From an uncultured Myxococcales bacterium (GTDB lineage: Bacteria; Myxococcota; UBA4151), in contig CAXGWI010000003.1 in assembly GCA_964013405.1 (NCBI GenBank), positions 21,889 to 85,888 on the forward strand: 64,000 bases of DNA. Direction: 5' to 3'. Positions 56,401-64,000 of the stretch are shown here, piece after piece (the stretch's first letter is position 1; each line of letters begins with the position of its first letter). A program made the translations under genes and the position numbers. A model generated the notes under the pieces. The model saw only the letters and a program-made list of their open reading frames with translations. It ran no database searches and had not been told where the DNA came from.

Positions 56401-57645
56401 TACCCGCGCCCACTCACGATCCTCTCCGGTCAGATCGAAGGCAACCAACAGAAGGCGAGCGTACGGGACTTTCGGATTAAAAGCGGGAGTGGAGAGTTGC
56501 GACTCGACGGCTTTGTCACCCTGGAGGACTTAGCGCCTCAAGCCGCTGATATCAGTCTCAGTATGAATGCCTTTCGCTACCGATTTGGTAAGAACTTCCT
56601 CGAAATCAACAGCGACTTGAAGGCATCGGGCCCACTCATCGGTGCGAAAGTCGCAGGCAACATCCATTTAGCGCGCGGAAAGATAGAGGAACAGGTCGAC
56701 TTGACCAAACTGGTCTTAAGCAGCCGCGTGGAAGGCAGTGGCCAGAGCCTCAGAGACCTCCTCGGCGCCTATGCTGATACGGACCTAGACCTTCAAGTCA
56801 CCAGCTCAGAGGAGGTGATGATCCAGGCTGGACTGCCAGTGCTCGCTGTCGAGTTGACGCCAAGTATCGACCTCAAGGTCGCAGGGGTCTTGGCTGAACC
56901 GGAAGTATCAGGGGTCCTGGAAATCGATGAAGGCCAAGGTGCCATCCTCTTCCCTAAAGCACGCTTCCTCGTCGACTCAGCCAGCATCGATTTAAGCCAA
57001 GATCCCTTCTTCGTGGCCCTGGACGCCACCTGGGACTATATCCCCCGGCGGCGCAGCAGTGACCAAGATGAGATCATCACGCTGAAACTGGGGCTCTCTG
57101 GGCCTGTGGATGAGGTTGCCATCAAGCTCGCAGCCCCTGACTTTCCCGAGATCACCGACGCCCAACTCTTGGCCATGCTCGCGCAAGGCCAAACCCCGGA
57201 TCACCTCGTGAACCAAAGCAGCACACCCGAAGATGATGGTGAACTGGGCAGCATCGCATTGAAGGTCTTCGCTGGTCAGATCATTTCAGTCTTCGAGCGC
57301 AACCTCGAGTTGGTCCTGAACTCGGCACTGCAGATGCCGACGGAGGTCACCATCGATCCGGGCGTAGAACGACTGCGGATGGAGGCGGTCATCCAACCGA
57401 TCAACCGGCTTGAGGTCATCGGTGAAACCGAACTCCTCTTTGGCAATGATGACGAAGTGACGGAGACCCAAACAAACAGCCAAACTGAAGGCTCCTCCAG
57501 TCGTCAAGCCATCCGCACCACCTACGTCATTTCGGACAACCTCCGGGCGGAAGCGAATCTCCGCAATGGCTTCATTACCGACGAAGACGGATCTCAGGTT
57601 CTCGAGTTACTACTGAACTTGCGGTGGAGACTGTTCAGTCGATGA
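53434..57645 (+). CDS. tamB: Translocation and assembly module TamB/AsmA-like protein
   Basis: N-terminal anchor; about 1400 aa of Gly-rich amphipathic beta strands; DUF490-like C-terminus; coupled to the Omp85 gene. Confidence 0.75.
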   Translation: MTGRALMLSLLAILPSQAMALSTEAVPRWALNKLNEALAGTVTSRGIRFDTQTGLTLTGVQVTAPNGRLVLQAQRLVAEVSIGNLLADVVSIDAIEITGLKMSLRENAQGEFDLVQAFMPKEASEDSGGGGGGVRIQRLSISNSEFELRIPSASMEIKDLNISGRLSVTNTLTARLRLNSGAIQFRQPSRGDANLATEFRGLIIKEFRLDDQHIRIRQGSLRVDTDHRIGLSGKINTGADRIAMDFDGRIPPRWLNRSLGSGDAVPPMGAIRTKGRVRGVMSDPTIDFDLSTTNVVLPSGAPRLTTFSAQGKYTSTRLLLSQVQASTLGGQLRLSGRMAMDDRYRSRMTGQLKNISLAAAHESLAEYGGRYTGAISLEGPMLFDDAQPLQIDLDGRVTSFLIPSLGRQDVSLKGGISQGEAITLKPTTLVIGKSTASLNGPVYPKLRLDWSLQSKRLKRLLRALDIDDYIPQQATASGRLVLEPRFRLRFAINANRFNLFDMPLGPTRTQGVMTDDFLTLNQLTSTISGGALQAKNLTMRLADPTSMKGEIKVEAMAIPGAEGLVTLQLKSPDFDRWDGDVYVEDLVAGGMALGSLDFNLRFNGERVDLRVRDWEDGLGVLNGDLGLELATNRPDGGLTLYLDQTGLQMLGGDVLEGRAKLLLQPKGTLDQIAARAILDLDGLRVGGVPLGQGNMEFSATPNHLGGIIRLRGNGRAQGSLRLTDGFEKLDLQLRWSGLELASLPTGVDGLRGKADLHARLTGPLTAPLGEANLRLRHVRIGGQTLGTGNGGLRLVLDPGRLKADLELIGWLQGTLTSGWPDLEDMDLTASLQANTLEDLAPALRMTGSTAALDAKIRVLRRGGSPSGQILINRLQISNPVLPGQELENAGDIILGYGGGRVRVEKMGIKMAQGQLSVQGFVEPGDEDGRVNLRLEGAFPMEVLQALDPGFSLARGRIALQCLARGKLYDNPNLQVMVQPEPGTTIIHSAYPRPLTILSGQIEGNQQKASVRDFRIKSGSGELRLDGFVTLEDLAPQAADISLSMNAFRYRFGKNFLEINSDLKASGPLIGAKVAGNIHLARGKIEEQVDLTKLVLSSRVEGSGQSLRDLLGAYADTDLDLQVTSSEEVMIQAGLPVLAVELTPSIDLKVAGVLAEPEVSGVLEIDEGQGAILFPKARFLVDSASIDLSQDPFFVALDATWDYIPRRRSSDQDEIITLKLGLSGPVDEVAIKLAAPDFPEITDAQLLAMLAQGQTPDHLVNQSSTPEDDGELGSIALKVFAGQIISVFERNLELVLNSALQMPTEVTIDPGVERLRMEAVIQPINRLEVIGETELLFGNDDEVTETQTNSQTEGSSSRQAIRTTYVISDNLRAEANLRNGFITDEDGSQVLELLLNLRWRLFSR

Positions 57646-60600
57646 CCGCTAGTCTCGCCATCCTGCTTGCATCGGCCTCGACCTTCCAACTCGATTTGGA
57701 GTTCGTGCCACCTGTTCCCGGGCCCGAGGCCGAACAAATCAAACGGTTTCTTCAAGAAGACCAGCGTCAACTCCCCGGCCCGCTCCTCATCAAACGGCTG
57801 CATCGAGATATCGATCTGATGCACCGGTTTGCCGAACGCACCTGCCGACTTCTTCCCGGCGACGAGCGCGTCTTGCATTGCCGACTCACCGAGAGCCCAC
57901 GGGTCCGTTCGCTGGAGATCACGGGGCAACTCCCCTACTCGATCTTACGCAGCGAAATCATCCGCCGGGCCATTTTGCGTCCAGGCAAACGCCTACCGAT
58001 CAAGGAATACAAAAAGCGCCGGGCGGATGAAGCCATCGACGCAGCCGAAAAGGACCACTGGGCCCACCTCAAAGATCGAGTCCGCCTTCGCCTCAAAGAG
58101 TTCATCGAGAGTCAGGGTTACAGCAACAGTTCCGTCGATGTGCAGATCCAAAATGTGGCTAATGCCCCCGGGCGCGTGGATGTCGTCATCGAGATCCTGC
58201 CGGGCAAACCCCATCGCTGGGGCAAGGTCACAGTTAACGGCTTGATGGCCCGGGAACAACGGGAGGCTCAGGGGCGAATCCGCCCCCTAGGTGGAGCCTT
58301 TCGGGAACAGACCCTCCAGACCCGTATCGAACGGGAAGAGCAGCGCCTCCGTAAACTTGGCTACGTTGAGGTCCACGCGGATTATGAACTCGAAACCAGT
58401 GGGGATGTGGTGAACGTCGTCGTCACCTTCCAACTGGGCCCCATTCTGAAACAGACCTACCACGGCAAGCTCCTCGCACCCGTCAGTCTCCTGAAGTCCA
58501 AGTCGACTTTTGAGGAAGCCCGCAGTGCTGGACCTCGCCAGATGGAAGCGACGGTCAGCGCCTTACGAAATTACTATCAGCGGCGAGGCTACTTTCGCCC
58601 TGAGATTATCGCCCAGGACCCGGAAGAGTCATCCCTCCAGGTCGAGGAGCGCTCCCTGGAGCAACAAGCGAAGGCGATCCTATCAGATCCGAGCAAGGAC
58701 CGCCGGGAGGCCATGGCTCGGGTCACCCAGCGACGACTTGAGTTGCGTGAGCGGCGGCGACAACTCCAGGCCACTCGGCGGCAGAGTCGCCACATCGCCT
58801 TTCACATCAACCCCGGTCGCCATGCCCGTTGTGTCGATGTTCGCATTGCCGGCATTCCTCGCCCCCTTCAGCAAGAGATGCTGGACGAAGGGATCCTCGC
58901 GACGAAACCACCCATCTCGGGGCGGCACGACGGCTACATCCTCGATGAAGACTTAAGAGCGGACCAAGACCGCATACGAACATGGCTAGAGCGCCGGGGT
59001 TGGCTTGTGAGCGATGTCAGCACGGTCTTACGCCGCAAAGACAGCGACGAAATCCAGGTGGTCTTTCCCGTCATTGCGGGCGAGCCCTCCTACATTCGTT
59101 CCATTTCCTTGGTGGGTGTGAGCGATGGTGACGATGACGAAGACGGCAACCCGACTGAAGATCTCTACGATGATCTCATGGACGCCCTGGAGATCCGGCC
59201 GGGGTCGCCCTTTTTGGAGGATACCCCAGAGGAGCTTCGTCGACGGACGCTCCGTTTTTATCGAATCCGCGGCTACCCCACCACTGAAGTCGAAGCGATG
59301 GTGGGCTTCCTCGCGGACGGCGTCAGCGCGCGCCTCATTATTCAGGAGGGGCGCCGGGTTCTTTATGGCGGCATGATCCTAACGGGCATGGAGCGCACAC
59401 TACGGGATAAAATTCTGGAAGTGTTTTCGGCCAAGCCCGGTGAGCCCTTCGATCCCCAGGTCTTCCATAAGGGCGCTGCCCTCTTGAGAAGCTGGCGGGT
59501 TTTTCGGCGGGTCTCTGTCCAGTTCCTTGGCCTCGAGGAAGGCAGGGAGCGGATCTGGGTCCACATCGCGCTGCAAGAAAGCGCCAATCAAACCCTCGAC
59601 CTCACCCTCGGCTTTTCTATTGAAGACTATTTTCAAGCAGCCCTCCGCTTCCGAGACCGCAACATCCTGGGCCGGGCGTGGAGTTGGGATACGCTGGGCG
59701 CTTACGGACTTTTAATCGGCCGAAGGAGTGAACTCCGTAGTACCCTTAAAATGCCCCGACTCCTTGGGGCCCATACGGACTTTAGCCTCGAGCCCCGCCT
59801 CTTTTATCGAGAACCCAGCCGAGTCGCCCTTTGGGATGAAGACTTTCAGTGGAAAAACGACCCCTCGAATCTCCTGATTCTGCGAGCTGCCGCAAAGATT
59901 GCCCATCGAGTCAGTGCCTTTACCACGGTGAAGGCCGATTATGCCTACTCCCTGGAGCGGGACCAGACGGGCGAAGAGGGGGTTGAGATCAGTACGGGTG
60001 CCACAACACTTGAGGCCAATTGGCTTCGGGTCGACAACCCCTTCAATCCCCACGAAGGGCTGCAGTTGCGTGGCTCGGTCAAACTGGCGGCGCCCTTCCT
60101 TCTCGGTAACTCCTATTTCCTGTCCACCGTCGGCCAAGCCTCCGCCTATGTGCCCGTGGGTCGGAGCACGCTGGCCACCAACTTCAGAGGTGGCTCGGTC
60201 CTAGAACTGGCCGAGGACGCCAACGTTCCACCCAGTGACCTCTTCCGACTCGGAGGGGATCGCTCGGTCCGGGGCTTTCCCCAAGACTGGATTCGTCTCA
60301 CCCACCCGGGCGCGGTCGACAGCGACCTTGGGCGAGATGGACATGCTAACCTTTTTGCCCTTGGCAGCTTGGAGTGGCGGATCCCCGTGGGAGAACAGAG
60401 CGCTGGTGGCGGCATGGCCTTAAGTTTGTTTTCCGATCTGGGCTGGGTGGCCTCCGAGCTGGACGGCGCTCGGCGCACCAATATGGGTTGGAGCAATGGT
60501 CTAGCAGTCAACTACGTCTTGCCGATCGGACCCGTGGGTCTCGTCGTAGCCCACCAGACCATCACACCACGTTACGACGAGACCTACCCCAACCGGCCGG

Positions 60601-60683
60601 AGCTTGACGACTATCAACTGGTCGCCTTGCCCTCGGCCTTGAAGCGCTTCGGTTATCATCTCACGATGGGCTATGTTTTTTAG
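57642..60683 (+). CDS. Omp85 (BamA/TamA) family outer-membrane protein with multiple POTRA domains
   Basis: POTRA-like repeats ('YYQRRGYF', 'FYRIRGYP'); 'DRNILG', 'DNPFNPHEG', lid motif 'SVRGF', 'LPIGP'; C-terminal Phe. Confidence 0.88.
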   Translation: MTASLAILLASASTFQLDLEFVPPVPGPEAEQIKRFLQEDQRQLPGPLLIKRLHRDIDLMHRFAERTCRLLPGDERVLHCRLTESPRVRSLEITGQLPYSILRSEIIRRAILRPGKRLPIKEYKKRRADEAIDAAEKDHWAHLKDRVRLRLKEFIESQGYSNSSVDVQIQNVANAPGRVDVVIEILPGKPHRWGKVTVNGLMAREQREAQGRIRPLGGAFREQTLQTRIEREEQRLRKLGYVEVHADYELETSGDVVNVVVTFQLGPILKQTYHGKLLAPVSLLKSKSTFEEARSAGPRQMEATVSALRNYYQRRGYFRPEIIAQDPEESSLQVEERSLEQQAKAILSDPSKDRREAMARVTQRRLELRERRRQLQATRRQSRHIAFHINPGRHARCVDVRIAGIPRPLQQEMLDEGILATKPPISGRHDGYILDEDLRADQDRIRTWLERRGWLVSDVSTVLRRKDSDEIQVVFPVIAGEPSYIRSISLVGVSDGDDDEDGNPTEDLYDDLMDALEIRPGSPFLEDTPEELRRRTLRFYRIRGYPTTEVEAMVGFLADGVSARLIIQEGRRVLYGGMILTGMERTLRDKILEVFSAKPGEPFDPQVFHKGAALLRSWRVFRRVSVQFLGLEEGRERIWVHIALQESANQTLDLTLGFSIEDYFQAALRFRDRNILGRAWSWDTLGAYGLLIGRRSELRSTLKMPRLLGAHTDFSLEPRLFYREPSRVALWDEDFQWKNDPSNLLILRAAAKIAHRVSAFTTVKADYAYSLERDQTGEEGVEISTGATTLEANWLRVDNPFNPHEGLQLRGSVKLAAPFLLGNSYFLSTVGQASAYVPVGRSTLATNFRGGSVLELAEDANVPPSDLFRLGGDRSVRGFPQDWIRLTHPGAVDSDLGRDGHANLFALGSLEWRIPVGEQSAGGGMALSLFSDLGWVASELDGARRTNMGWSNGLAVNYVLPIGPVGLVVAHQTITPRYDETYPNRPELDDYQLVALPSALKRFGYHLTMGYVF

Positions 60684-60794
60684 GTGGATCCTGCTGACCC
60701 GGTGGGATGTACTGCCCTTATCCTATCGATGTAGACTTGCCTCTCCTGGCTCCGCAGAGCTAATCAGCCGGCGCTCCAAAGGAAGAAATTCGTT

Positions 60795-63475
<2,681 letters not shown>

Positions 63476-63479
<4 letters not shown>

Positions 63480-64000
63480 GCCAAGGCTCGGTTCGGCTGG
63501 CCTTCGATGAAGTGGGGCTTTTGGGACGGCTCCCCACGGCTCGATCCATCACCCTTGCTTGCCCCGCTCTTGAGCCCCCGCCGGATCTGTCCCCGGAAGG
63601 CCGTCGTCTAGCGCTGCAGGCTTGGGAGGATCGAACTCGAGCGGAGTATGCCGGGGTGATGATTGTGCGCCACTTCCATGGCCTGCTCGTCGATCTCAAC
63701 AGCCCCATGGATTTACAAGAATTGGCCCTCGCCATGGTCCTGCAAGAACAGCAACACGCGCGGCTGTGCATGAACGCGGTCAAGAGTCTTGGGGGAGCAG
63801 CGGAGCTCACCTTCGAATTGGATCAACTGCAGATTCAGCGCAGTGATGCGCCCTTAGAGGTCCAGTTCTTTCAGACCCTGGTCGGAACCTATGCAATCGG
63901 TGAAGCGGTGGCCCTCGACCTACTGGTCGGCAGCCTGGAAGCCCTGCCCGAGAGTGGCTATCGTGAGATCCTCAAATTGATCGCACGAGACGAAGTGCTT
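63476..64000 (+). CDS. Ferritin-like di-iron protein (partial, runs off the window)
   Basis: Not in the ORF track. Manual translation from GTG 63476 (overlapping the acnA stop) is open to the end: '...[11 protein letters not shown]...[10 protein letters not shown]...AIGEAVA...IARDEVL', giving E...ExxH...E...DE carboxylate spacing. Confidence 0.7.

Overview
A gene-dense, GC-rich chromosomal segment, most likely from a Myxococcota (deltaproteobacterial) genome. The lineage call rests on two MYXO-CTERM-like sorting tails, myxobacterial Cys-rich repeats, DAG/DGG lipoprotein linkers and a Haliangium-type microcompartment locus. Recognisable housekeeping genes are dapD, dapE, a BtuFCD/FecBCDE-type ABC importer, ppiD-like PPIase, tRNA-Arg(CCG), tRNA-Ala(GGC), moaA, nadD, yidD, uvrB, tamB plus a TamA/BamA-family gene, and acnA. 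I saw no integrase, transposase, phage or CRISPR. The most interesting parts are: (1) a seven-gene envelope operon (95-7828) built from LPP20/FlgP-, CsgG/FlgO- and FlgT-like modules plus a putative beta-barrel, with no flagellar or curli genes nearby and a perfect TGTGA-N6-TCACA box inside it; (2) an orphan bacterial microcompartment operon with no signature enzyme and a translationally coupled membrane protein; (3) a cytochrome-c-like protein with CxxCK and no distal Met; (4) a swivel-first aconitase-family protein with Trp at the catalytic Ser position; (5) a lipoprotein with 21 NDGG(V/A)A repeats; (6) a 2537-aa Ig-repeat surface protein. All family assignments come from motif recognition by eye; no database search was run.
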